Source of the DNA: Octopus sinensis
Taxonomy: Eukaryota
Assembly (NCBI RefSeq): GCF_006345805.1
Contig: NW_021835593.1
Coordinates: 1 to 30,588 of the forward strand
DNA length: 30,588 bases
Reading direction: 5' to 3'
Shown: positions 10,568-21,513 of the stretch, one piece after another
Layout: each line of letters opens with the position of its first letter
Position numbering within the stretch: position 1 is the stretch's first letter
Notes under the pieces: generated by a model
Told to the model about the DNA's origin: nothing
The model's input: only the letters and a program-made list of their open reading frames with translations
Databases searched by the model: none
Made by a program: the position numbers and the translations under genes

Positions 10568-12206
10568 ATTATTTGTTCTGTTGCATCATATTTGGGAGTT
10601 AAAATTGGTCAGCGTAGTTGTTGAAGTTGAGAGAGTGTTGAAAAAATTTTCTCAAATTCGATCCGATTGTAATTGAGGTTGCTAATAAAATACCCGGATA
10701 ATTTTTAGTGTTTAACAATTAATATCCTTTTCTCTGTTGAATTCCATGTTAATTTTACCCCACACTAAGGTCTAATTTGATAATATCCGTTCTGAAAATT
10801 ATGTCTAAATTCTGGCAAAATGAGTCAAGACTAATTCCAATAATGGCAGTTTCGAATTTTTCCACTTTGACGGTGATTTTTCCAATTTATTTTTCACCTC
10901 CCACTCTTCCCATCCTTACCCGGACACATTTTGGCCAATTTTTTTTGTAATGCGCACTTAAAAATAATGGCAGAAGCCTTTTCAGTAAAAAAAAAAGAAT
11001 AACATGTATCGATGTTTTTCAATAATTTTCTCCCCATAAGCACATTTAAGTTATTAAAAAAAAAAAATTGAACATATCTGATTTTTTCCACACTCCATTG
11101 ATTTTGTTAATAATTTTAAAGTATTGGGGAGCTTGAGAGGGTCAGTGGTGGAATTTGTCCCCAGTAATTTAAAAAAGGGGATTTAAAAGATAATGTATTT
11201 TAATAACACTTTTGTGTCAGTAAATAATGCGTTTCCTCTCTCTCTCTCTCTCTCCCTCTATTTCTCTTTCTCCCTCTCTTTCTTTCTTTCTCTCTCTCTC
11301 ACACACACACAAACACACACACATACACGCACACACCCACATACACTCCCCACACAGTCTCGCTTGCGTGGGGGAGGAGGAGGGATTTAAATTTCAAATT
11401 TGTTGTTGTTGTTGTTGCTTAGAATTCAGCAATGTACCACGCATGCGTGACTTCCGTATTATCATTCCATAAAATGTGCTTATGGGGAGTGTATATTATA
11501 TATATATATATATATATAATATACACTCACGCACACACATACATATATATATATATATCGTTCGTTCTCTTGTTTTATTTGATTTCCTGTATTGTATTCT
11601 CTTTTAATTTCTCGTTTGTATTTTTTTGTACATGTATTTTTATCGCGTAATTTATCTTGTATTTTACTGTGCAGTTTTATTATTACGTCCTGGTTGTGTT
11701 CTTAACCGTTTTCACCCGGCTGCTTGGAATTTTATTTTAATTCTCTCGCAGGAAGGCCTAGTTTTACGATGTGTCCTGTCTCGCCTTCGAAACACGCTTG
11801 AGTCTAACTAGCGACACCTGATGACCGGGGACTTTTCCTTATTTTCTTGTTATAATTTTATGTTTTTTTCCCGTTTCTACGTCCTGTTGTGGTGTCCTGT
11901 ACTCACGTATATTTATTTATATATGCATGTATATATACATGTAGATGTAGGTACGTACATGTATGTTTGTATGTATGCATATATTTTAATTATTACATTA
12001 TTGTCTGACAGCGCCTCGCGTCGGATTCGTTTTCAATTCGTCGGTTCGTTCCATCTGTTGTCCTCCATTTTAATTCTTATATATATATATATATATATAT
12101 ATACTAATTACACTTCATGTTTGAGGCCAGTAGAAACAGCTGTATGCTAATGAGGTTTGTAAGATAATCGTTTATTCGTGTGTCATCTCATATTTTTCAT
12201 CTATTT

Positions 12207-12237
<31 letters not shown>

Positions 12238-12242
12238 ACATG

Positions 12243-12275
<33 letters not shown>

Positions 12276-12536
12276 GCTTATATATATATATACATATATA
12301 GGTTTATACATACCCATATATGTATGCATATATATATTTGTATATATATGTGGATATATATATGTATATATATACATATATATGTGTATATATATATTTA
12401 TATTTATACACACACATATGTACATATATATGTATACATACACACATATGTACATATATATGCGTACAAATAAATATGCGTACATGGTGCATGTATCATG
12501 TATATGTGCCTGTGTGTATGTATGTTTGTCTTAAGT

Positions 12537-12648
12537 ACCTAGGTAGGTAGGTGGGTAGGTAGGTAGGTAGGTAGGTGGGTAGGTAGGTAGGTAGGTAGGT
12601 AGGTAGGTAGGTAGGTAGGTAGGTAGGTAGGTAGGTAGGTAGTAGGTA
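12537..12648. repeat. (GGTA)n tetranucleotide microsatellite
   Basis: Near-perfect array; source of the LPTY-repeat ORF. Confidence 0.97.
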
Positions 12649-13144
12649 TAATCTATTAGTCAAAGAAATCAGGCACTCATCTCGTATATTTGTCAATGGA
12701 TTTGGTATATTAATGATAAAATGTATGCAGAATTATAAATTTATTTGCGCCGATCTTACCAATCGGTGTAGGACAGGATATTTGGCAATTAGCTGAGGAC
12801 CAATGAGTTGGCTCGTGAGAGAAGCTCGGATGTGAAACATGACGACGGCTTATGTATATTCGTATGTATGACTGTTTGTTTGTATGTGTGCGTGTATGTG
12901 TGTATGTAAGTGTTTGTGTTTCTATATGTATGTGAGTTTGTATGTGTATACGTGTATATATATGTATGCGTTGTATGCATGTATATATGTATGTATGCTT
13001 ATATGTCTGTATGTACGTATATATGTATATATGTGTGTATGTATCTGTGCCTGTACTGTGCGCATGTGTATGTGTGCATATATGTATGAATGTGTGTATG
13101 TATGTATGCATGTATGTTTGTATGTATGTATGTATGTACGTGCG

Positions 13145-13550
13145 TATATATGTATATATGTGTCATTATTCAGTTTTATTTGAAGATTTCTTGCCAATTG
13201 AGAAAGAACTGGTTTCTAACCTAGATCCAAGGCTCCTTCATTGGAATTTCAGCAACATCAACAGGATATTTTTTTATGTATATACGAGCAGATTTTCATG
13301 TATGCATTCTCATGCGTATAGTTGCATATCTAGACATGCGCATATATACTTAAATGTACTTCTGTACAGATTTTTACAGTTCCAGTGATTTACTTACATA
13401 CATAAAAACCTGCACGTATACATACAAAAATACCATGTTGATGTTGAAATTCCAATGAGGAGCCTTGGATCTGGGTTAGAAAACAGTTCTTTCTCAATTG
13501 GCGAGAAATCTTCGAAGAAAACTGAATAATGACACATATATACATATATA
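13145..13550. mobile_element. Foldback/MITE-like element with ~160-bp inverted arms
   Basis: 13145-~13305 is the reverse complement of ~13394-13550 (tatatatgtatatatgtgtcattattcagtttt...ccaattgagaaagaactg...ggctcc..cattggaatttca) around a ~90-bp spacer. The ORF track shows mirrored MARNL..KLNNDTYIH peptides. Confidence 0.8.
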
Positions 13551-13659
13551 CACACATATACATACATACATATATGTATGCATGTATGTATCTCTTCTAT
13601 TTCTTATAAATCTTCCAGTGAGGGTGGAACCAGTTTCCAACAAAGATACAAAACTCCAT

Positions 13660-13899
13660 CATGCGTGTATGTACGTACGTATGTATGTATGTATGTATGT
13701 ATGTATGTATGTATGTATGTATGTATGTATGTATGTATGTATGTATGTATGTATGCATGCATGTATGTATGTGTGTGTATGTATGTATGTATGTATTTAT
13801 GTATGTATGTATGTATGTATGCATGTATGTGTGTATGTATGTATGTATGTTTGTATGTATGTATGTATGTATGTACGTATGTATGTATCTATGTATGTA

Positions 13900-13930
<31 letters not shown>

Positions 13931-14345
13931 ATGCAAGTATGTGTGTATGTATGTATGTATGTATGTATGTTGTATGTATGTATGTATGTATGTACGTAGG
14001 CATGCATGTATGTATGTAGGTAGGTATGTTTGTATATATGTTTGTATGCATGTATATATGTATGTATACATGTATGCATGTATGATGTATGTATGTATGT
14101 ATGCACGTATGTGTGTATGTATGTATGTATGCATGTATGTATGTACGTATGTATGTATGTATGCATGTATGTGTGTATGTATGTATGTATGTTTGTATGT
14201 ATGTATGTATGTATGTACGTATGTATGTATCTATGTATGTATGTGTGTGTGTATGTATGTATGTATGTATGTATGTATGTATGTATGTAGTATGTATGTA
14301 TGTATGTATGTAAGTGTGTATGTATGTATGTATGTATGTATGTAT
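13660..14345. repeat. Long (TATG)n microsatellite
   Basis: About 690 bp. A variant block (about 13821-13915) recurs at about 14163-14255. Confidence 0.97.
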
Positions 14346-14495
14346 GAAGGACGAACCTCATTCATTTTCCCTCGACAAAATTCACTCTGAAAGCATTGGG
14401 TCACCGCGTAAGTGGACAAAAGATACCGCCTTGTAGGACTAATCTGAAATCAACGTGGACTCGAAATAAACTTCTTAACTACACAACCATGCCAG
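14346..14495 (-). mobile_element. Bipartite SINE, old diverged 5' half
   Basis: Reverse complement gcatggttgtgtagttaagaagtttatttc...gagtgaattttgtcgagggaaaatgaatgaggttcgtc is colinear with the SINE head and runs directly into (CATA)n. Confidence 0.6.
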
Positions 14496-14820
14496 TTCCA
14501 GCAGCGATCTTTCTTTTCTTTTTCTTTCTGTTTTTGTATATCAATGACAGCATACCATTATCCAATTCATGATTTAAACCGATAAGCACTGTAATTTACA
14601 GGAAATTTAGGTGGAGATCTTTTGCAGTTCTCAATTGGTTGTAAAACTTGCTCGCTCCGTCTGGCACGGTTTGTCAGGGAAATACGATGATGACGTCATA
14701 AGAAAAACGGAAGATATCACTTTATATATTAACATCGAAAACTTTGTTAACATGTGATTACCAGATACGTCACACAATGTTAGTTATAACTGTGAGTGTG
14801 TGTGTGTGTATATATATATA

Positions 14821-15229
14821 TTACCCTTTTTTACCCTTTCACTTGTTTCAGTCATTTGACTGCGGCCATGCTGGAGCACCGCCTTTAATCGAGCAAATCG
14901 ACCCCGGGACTTATTCTTTTGTAAGCCCAGTACTTATTCTATCAGTTCCTTTTGCCGAACCGCTAAGTAACAGAGACATAAACACACCAGCATCGGTTGT
15001 CAAGCAATGCTAGGGTGACAAACACAGACACACAAACACACACACGCATATATACATATACATATATACGACGGGCTTCTTTCAGTTTCCATCTACCAAA
15101 TCCACTCACAAGGCTTTGGTCGGCCCGAGGCTATAGTAGAAGACACTTACCCAAGGTGCCACGCAGTGGGACTGAATCCGGAACCATGTGGTTGGTAAAC
15201 AAGCTACTTACCACACAGCCACTCCTGCG

Positions 15230-15231
<2 letters not shown>
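14821..15231 (-). mobile_element. Bipartite tRNA-derived SINE, full length
   Basis: Head ggcgcaggagtggctgtgtggtaagtagc (A box), ggattcagtccc (B-box region), internal (TA)(TG) tract, 3' half and tandem tail. Confidence 0.93.
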
Positions 15232-15262
<31 letters not shown>

Positions 15263-15567
15263 GCGCAGGAGTGGCTGTGTGATAAGTATAGGCACAGGAG
15301 TGGCTGTGTGTCGTATATATATATATGTGTGTGTGTGTATGTTTGTGCGTCTGTGTTTGTCCCCCCCCCCCAGCATCGCTTGACAACCGATGCTGGTGTG
15401 TTTACGACCCCGTAACTTAGCGGTTCGGCAAGAGAGCTCGATAGAATAAGTACTAGGCTTACAAAGAATAAGTCCCGGGGACGATTTGCTGGACTAAAGG
15501 CGCTGCTCCAGCATGGCCGAAGTCAAATGACTGAAACAAGTAAAAAAAAAATGAAAAAAGAGAGAAA
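15263..15567 (+). mobile_element. Bipartite SINE with duplicated 20-nt head and internal deletion
   Basis: gcgcaggagtggctgtgtg occurs twice (15263, 15291), then jumps to tcgtatat and a complete 3' half. Confidence 0.88.
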
Positions 15568-15620
15568 GATATATATACACATGCATATATATATATATGC
15601 GTAAATATACCTATATATAT

Positions 15621-15850
15621 ATTTCTTTACTACCCACAAGGGGCTAAATATAGAGGGGACAAACAAGGACAGACAAATGGATTAAGTCGATTACATCGAC
15701 CCCAGTGCGAAACTGGTACTTTATTTATCTACCCCGAAAGGATGAAAGGCAAAGTCTACCTCGGCGGAATTTGAACTCAGAACATAACGTCAGACGAAAT
15801 ACCGCTAAGCATTTCGCCCGGGGCGCTAACGTTTCTGCCAGCTCGCCGCC
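15621..15850 (-). mobile_element. tRNA-derived SINE with Meta-like domain, monomer
   Basis: Minus strand: ggcggcgagctggcagaaacgttag (A box), gagttcaaattcc (B box), ctttgcctttcatcctttcggggtagataaataaagtaccag (Meta-like domain), tail ttgtgggtagtaaagaaat. Confidence 0.9.
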
Positions 15851-16046
15851 TTATACAAATACCTATATATATATATATATATATATGTATATGTATATGC
15901 ACGCACACACACATATATGTTATTGATTCTCTTATTATCATTATTTTTAATTGTTACACTAAATAATAATAGAATCAATAATATCTTCACAAAGATTTTC
16001 TCCTATATTATTACCTTCGCGTGTGGATATGCGCATATACATACTA

Positions 16047-16185
16047 CTAGGAGCATAGTGTATGGAAGGAAATTTGCTTCTCGACCACATAAGCACATGG
16101 ATCTGGGTTCAGTCTCACTCTGTGGCGCTTGGGCAAATATCTTCTAAAGCCTTTCGCTGACGACAGCCTTCTGAGAGCATTTCGT
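16047..16185 (+). mobile_element. Bipartite SINE, diverged 5' fragment
   Basis: cacatggatctgggttcagtctcactctgtggcgcttgggcaaatatcttct matches the head; cut off by the younger copy at 16188. Confidence 0.7.
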
Positions 16186-16187
16186 AT

Positions 16188-16583
16188 ACTCTTACTCTTT
16201 TTACTCTTTTACTTGTTTCAGTCATTTGACTGCGGCCATGCCGGAGCACCACCTTTAGTCGAGCAAATCGACCCCGGGACTTATTCTTTGTAAGCCCAGT
16301 ACTTATTCTATCGGTCTCTTTTGCCGAACCGCTAAGTGACTGGGACGTAAACACACCAGCATCGGTTGTCAAGCAATGCTAGGGGGACAAACACAGACAC
16401 ACAAACACACACATATATATACGACAGGCTTCTTTCAGTTTCCGTCCACCAAATCCACTCACACTGCATTGGTCGGCCCGGGGCTATAGCAGAAGACACT
16501 TGCCCATGGTGCGACGCAGTGGGACTGAACCCGAAACCATGTGGTTGGTTAGCAAGCTACTTACCACACAGCCACTCCTGCCC
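16188..16583 (-). mobile_element. Bipartite tRNA-derived SINE, full length
   Basis: Colinear with 14821-15231; (ttttactc)n tail on the plus strand. Confidence 0.93.
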
Positions 16584-16596
16584 CTATATATGTTTA

Positions 16597-17030
16597 GGCG
16601 CAGGAGTGGCTGTGTGGTATGAAGCTTGCTTACCAACCATATTGTTCCGAGTTCAGTCCCACTGCATAACACCTTGGCCAAGTGTCTACGGCTATAGCCT
16701 CGGGCCGACCAAAGCCTTCTGAGTGGATTTGGTAGACGGAAACTGAAAGGAGCCCATCGTGTAAATATACATATATATTTATATTTTTATATTTATATGT
16801 GTATGTATGTATTTGTGCGTCAGTGCTTGTGCCTCCAACATTGTGTGACAAGAGATGTTGGTGTGTTTATATCCCCGTAACTTAGCGGTTCGGCAAAAGG
16901 AAATGATAGAATAAGAACTAGGCTTACAAAAAAATAAGCCCTGAGATCGATTTGTTCGACTAAAGGCGGTGCTCCAGCATGGCCGCAGTCTAATGACTGC
17001 AGCAAGTAAAATGATTAAAAAGTGAAGAAC
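16597..17030 (+). mobile_element. Bipartite tRNA-derived SINE, full length
   Basis: ggcgcaggagtggctgtgtgg head, internal TA/TATG tract, 3' half ending gcagtctaatgactgcagcaagtaaaa. Confidence 0.9.
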
Positions 17031-17523
17031 GATAAAATAATAAAAAGATAATAGATGATGTTGGTATTGACGGTAGCGATGTTGGCGATGGTGATGGTGG
17101 TGGTGATGGTCATGATTGTAGCGGTGGTGGAGACTGGCTGCAGTGGAGATGGTCGCGGCGGCGGCGGTGGTGTGGGTGATGGTTCTAGTTGTAGTTCCCG
17201 ACAATTAGTTCGGTGGGAGTTGTTGCACTTGCGGATGTTTACTGATGGTGTGGTGGCGGTAGTGGTGACAAATGGCGTTAGCAGTTCTTTCTTTCGATAT
17301 AGGTCGGTCGAAGATTGTCCATCCTTGATGTTGTTGTTGTTGTTGTTGATGGAACAGCAGCAATGGTTTGGCCTGGTGGTTGGTGTGGTGGTTGGTGTGG
17401 TGGTGGCGGTAGTGGTGGTGGTGGTGGTGGTGGTGGTGGTGGTGGTCTGGTGTCTGACATTGCTGCTGCCAGTGACGGAGTTGGAGATGCACTTTTCAAT
17501 TGTGACGGCCGAGAAAATGGACG
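17015..17523 (-). CDS. Candidate terminal exon (Thr/Asn/Pro-rich, hydrophobic C-terminus); unverified
   Basis: Acceptor-like ttttccttttgtgttccag| at 17524. After 2 nt an open frame of 168 codons runs SIFSAVTIEKCISNSVTG...KDGQSSTDLYRKKELLTPF...IIYYLFIILSFFTF* and has no early start codon, so it is not in the track. An alternative 82-codon Pro-rich frame also follows the same site. The hydrophobic end overlaps the antisense of a SINE tail. No homology recognised. Confidence 0.22.
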
Positions 17524-18270
17524 CTGGAACACAAAAGGAAAATTGCGCGCGAAGCGGAAGACATTACGCTGCAAATATCACCCGAGTCAGTCACATGACA
17601 TCACCATCACACTCGCTGCCACCGCTGTCGCCGCTGCCGCCACTACCACCACCACTACCACCACTGCTATCACTAGCGCGCCGCCGCCATCACAACTGCT
17701 ATCGCTGCCGAAAGAACCATGACCAACTCAACCACCACTGTCACTGTCGCCATCACCACCACCACCACTGCCACCACCACCACCAGCACCAAACCATAAC
17801 CAACATTATCGCCGCCACCGCGCGACTACAACCACCACGACTACGATCACCATCGCCACCACCATCACCACCACCCCTACAATTGCTACAAACACCACCA
17901 CCACCACCACCACCACCACCACCACCACCACCGACCACCACCACCACCACCAACACCACCGACCACCACCACCACCAACAACAACAACACCAACACCACC
18001 ACCACCACCACCACCACCGACCACTACCACCACCACCACCACCACCACCACACCACCACCACCGACCACCACTACCACCACCAACACCACCGACCACCAC
18101 CACCACCACCAACAACAACAACACCAACACCACCGACACCACCACCACCACCGACACCATCACAGTAACCTCTTCCACCACCATCACCGCAACCGCCATC
18201 AACTTGGCATCGACCAATGCCACACATACCACAAGTAGAGTGACATCAACGTTAACAAGACGAACTTCAT
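17055..18270. repeat. GC/CpG-rich trinucleotide low-complexity island, GGT-rich left arm and ACC-rich right arm
   Basis: (GGT)/(GAT)/(GTT) runs at 17055-17446, a complex core at about 17450-17600, and (CCA)/(ACC) runs at 17600-18200. Confidence 0.9.
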
Positions 18271-18641
18271 GATCGCCATTAACAATGGCTAAATCCGATC
18301 ATATTACACCCCAGACAATCTATCTATGGTGACCACAGAACACCAAAACCCGCCACACCTCACCAGAATAGTAGTCAAGCCAAACGTAAACTACCACCGC
18401 TTTCATATTTATAGATAACCTATTATGTCCGTGTATAAGGATGTATATATGTGTATACATATATACATATGTGCGCGTATTGTATGTATGTATGTATATA
18501 TATATGTATGTATGAATGTATATATATATATATATGTATATGTATAAATATACATATATATATATAAATATATATACATATATATGGATATATATATATA
18601 TACATGTATATTTACACACACACATGCACACCCACACACAG

Positions 18642-18672
<31 letters not shown>

Positions 18673-18932
18673 CAAATATATATATACACATGTATATATA
18701 TATATAGGTATAGATAGATAGATAGATGGATACGTATGGATATTATAACAATTCACACACAAGAACATACACCATTTATGTTAAAGATTTCTGTGTGCGC
18801 TTTATACGAATATATATATATATATATATATATATACATGTGTGTGCGTAAACGTAGACGTGTATGCAAATAAATGTACGTTTCAAAACACTGACGCACA
18901 TACATATTAGTGTATTTACATATATACATATT

Positions 18933-18993
<61 letters not shown>

Positions 18994-19478
18994 TATATAT
19001 TATATAAATATATATGTATATATACATATCTACTTACGCACATACAGACATATGTATAAATATATATATATGTTTATATATATATATACGTATACATACA
19101 TAGGGAGATAAACATGTTCACTCACAAACAATGTGTATATATATATACACAGTCACACCAATACGCATGTATGTACAATGTATTAAGGATGAGGAGAGGC
19201 TATCATCAAGATAAGAGATAAGCCATCAGACGTTAAGATAGATGCCACATATTAAGAAAACCGGCTTTCTTTTCTTCACAAACTTCCTTGAACTAACATC
19301 TCAAACGAGCGCAATCTCACACGTATAAAGGAACACACGCACACAGACACACACACACACACACACATGCCACACCTCGCCACACACACAATCACACAAA
19401 CCCGCACGCGTAAACACACTTATGCTTCATGCACACACACACATACATGTATATGTATCTGTGTGCTCTGGTATATAT

Positions 19479-19879
19479 ACTCTTTTACTTGTTTCAGTCA
19501 TTTGACTGCGGCCATGCTGGAGCACCGCCTTTAATCGAGCAACTCGACCACGGGACTTATTCTTTTGTAAGCCCAGTACTTATTCTATCGGTCTCTTTTC
19601 CCGAACCGCTAAGTTACGGGGACATAAACATACCAGCATCGGTTGTCAAGCAATGCTAGGGGGACAAACACAGACACACAAACACACACACACACATGCA
19701 TATATATACATATATACGACAGGCTTCTTTCAGTTTCCGTCTACCAAATCCACTCACAAGGCATTGGTCGGCCCGAGGCTATAGCAGAAGACACTTGCCC
19801 AAGATGCCACACAGTGTGACTGAACCCGGAACCATGTGATTGGTTAGCAAGCTTCTTACCACACAGCCACTCCTGTGCC
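19479..19879 (-). mobile_element. Bipartite tRNA-derived SINE, full length
   Basis: Colinear with the other full copies; flanked by tatata on both sides. Confidence 0.93.
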
Positions 19880-19890
19880 TATATATACAT

Positions 19891-20080
19891 ATTCTTTTAT
19901 TCTCTTATTGACTGCGGTCATACTGGAGCACCGCTTTTAGTCGAGCAAATCGACCCTAAGACTTATCCTTTGTAAGCCTAGTACTTATTGTATCGGTTTC
20001 TTTTGCCGAACCGCTAAGTTACTGGGACGTAAACACACCGGCTTCGGTTGTTAAGCGATGGTGGGGGAACAGAAACAGAC
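19891..20080 (-). mobile_element. Bipartite SINE, 3' half only
   Basis: ttgactgcggtcatactggagcaccgc...gttaagcgatggtgggggaacagaaacagac, then (CA)n to about 20205 with no head beyond. Confidence 0.85.
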
Positions 20081-20639
20081 ATACACACACACGCACACAG
20101 ACGCACACGCACACAGACGCACACGCACACACAGACACGCACACACACGCACACACACGCACATGCACACACACACACACACACACACACACGCGCACAT
20201 ATATACGATGGAGGTAATACTGTTGTTAGTATTCTTGCTACTGCTGTTACTGTTGTACGCCAGGTCAACCGTGTGCCCGGGCAAACCTATGAACAAATAT
20301 TTTCTCGCTTCGGTGTTTACATGGACATTCCGTTTTTCGAAGTTTAATCCTTCTGGAATAATCTACACAGGGTTACGACGCCTTTAAAATCAGAGAGTGC
20401 TTATTTTTTAGCGCTCACCTGTTTCTTTAAAGCGAAACACAAAGGTTTCAGAAACGAGAACGAATATTTGGTTCTCGTTTCAGGTAGCGGAAGTCATTAG
20501 ATGAGACCGGTTGGTGCGACGTGGTAACAAAGTCAGGACATTTTCTTCGACGCGTGCGGCTCAATTCCAATTAGATTTCTGCTGCTTTACGACACTTTTA
20601 TGTAAATTATGAGTCGGAGAGTGCAGTGAACTTTAACAC

Positions 20640-21215
20640 CTTCCTTGACGCCATTCTGCAGTTCTCACTGAAAGGTGTGAAATTCTGTAAAAGACTGATA
20701 TCAAGTGAGATACAAGAGGTGGCAAGCGGCTGTGTGAAAGAAGAATCGCAGTTTGGATGGTTTGCCCTAGGAGCCTTGTATGCTGAACTTTCTAATGTTC
20801 TTTTTTTTTTTGCAGATGTCTACCACATTTGGCAGCAAAGCAGGAGAGTTCTTGATTCTGAGAGTCTGGTTGTGTTATCTCTGATCAGAAAACACGCCAA
20901 AACGAGTGTATTATAAAAATCTTCGACCTATAACTTTGTAGCATTTAAGATTTTCGCCAAAGTCTGAGTCAAGAGGTTGGTATCTGTCGTTGGGAGTTTA
21001 GTTGAGGAGGTACAAAAAGTTTGCGGTCCATAATAGATCCATCCATCACAACTTCCTCCTCATGTGATATGTCATAGACAGGTCGTCAAACAAAGTTTAC
21101 TGTGAGCGTTTGATGAACTTAGAACTAGCGAAAGCTTTCGATAGAGTCAAGCATCGCTCTCTGGTAGCAATGTTAAACGCTGCAAGTTTTGGCTTCGGTT
21201 CCAGAAGGTAGACGC
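20640..21215 (+). pseudogene. L1/Tx1-type LINE reverse transcriptase remnant (N-terminal RT motifs)
   Basis: Disrupted motifs in the expected order: (G)LDGLP*E.LY near 20751-20782, VVLSLIRK, NLRPITL at 20918-20938, FKIFAKV, and MNLELAKAFDRVKHR at about 21113-21157. Confidence 0.85.
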
Positions 21216-21513
21216 AACAATGCACAACGTTTTCTAAAATGAGCTGGTATTGTATAGCATATCATTCACGTGACGTTTGTCTCACATAATTCGTGGACAC
21301 CGAAATGATAAGAAGCAATGTCCACCTCAGCGGAATTTTGAAATCAATATTTATAAAATGATAAAATGTTACTAAACAATTTTTCCCGACATGATAAAGA
21401 TTCTGCCAGATCGCCACCTTCTCTCTTTCTAATATAGATACAAGGTCTGAAATATTGGCGGAGTGGGGGGAGTGGGAGGGGGAGTGGAGGTCGATATCCT
21501 CGAAACCAAGGTT

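Noticed and set aside
12496-14419. Long ORFs (up to 270 aa) of LPTY, MYVC or HTYI repeats
   Set aside because: Direct translations of (GGTA)n and (TATG)n.
14744-16722. Recurrent ORFs MSSNAR..., ..[20 protein letters not shown]..., FQSFDCGHAGAPPL
   Set aside because: Frames within SINE copies, also seen at 19429, 26464 and 30132; not genes.
17055-18272. 405-aa plus-strand ORF as a gene
   Set aside because: Poly-V, then poly-P/H/T that switch with 1-nt slips in the triplet runs. GGT/ACC-rich DNA is stop-poor, so length is not evidence. Kept only as part of the island finding.
21456-21488. G-run cluster (possible G4)
   Set aside because: Single short tract with no context linking it to a function.
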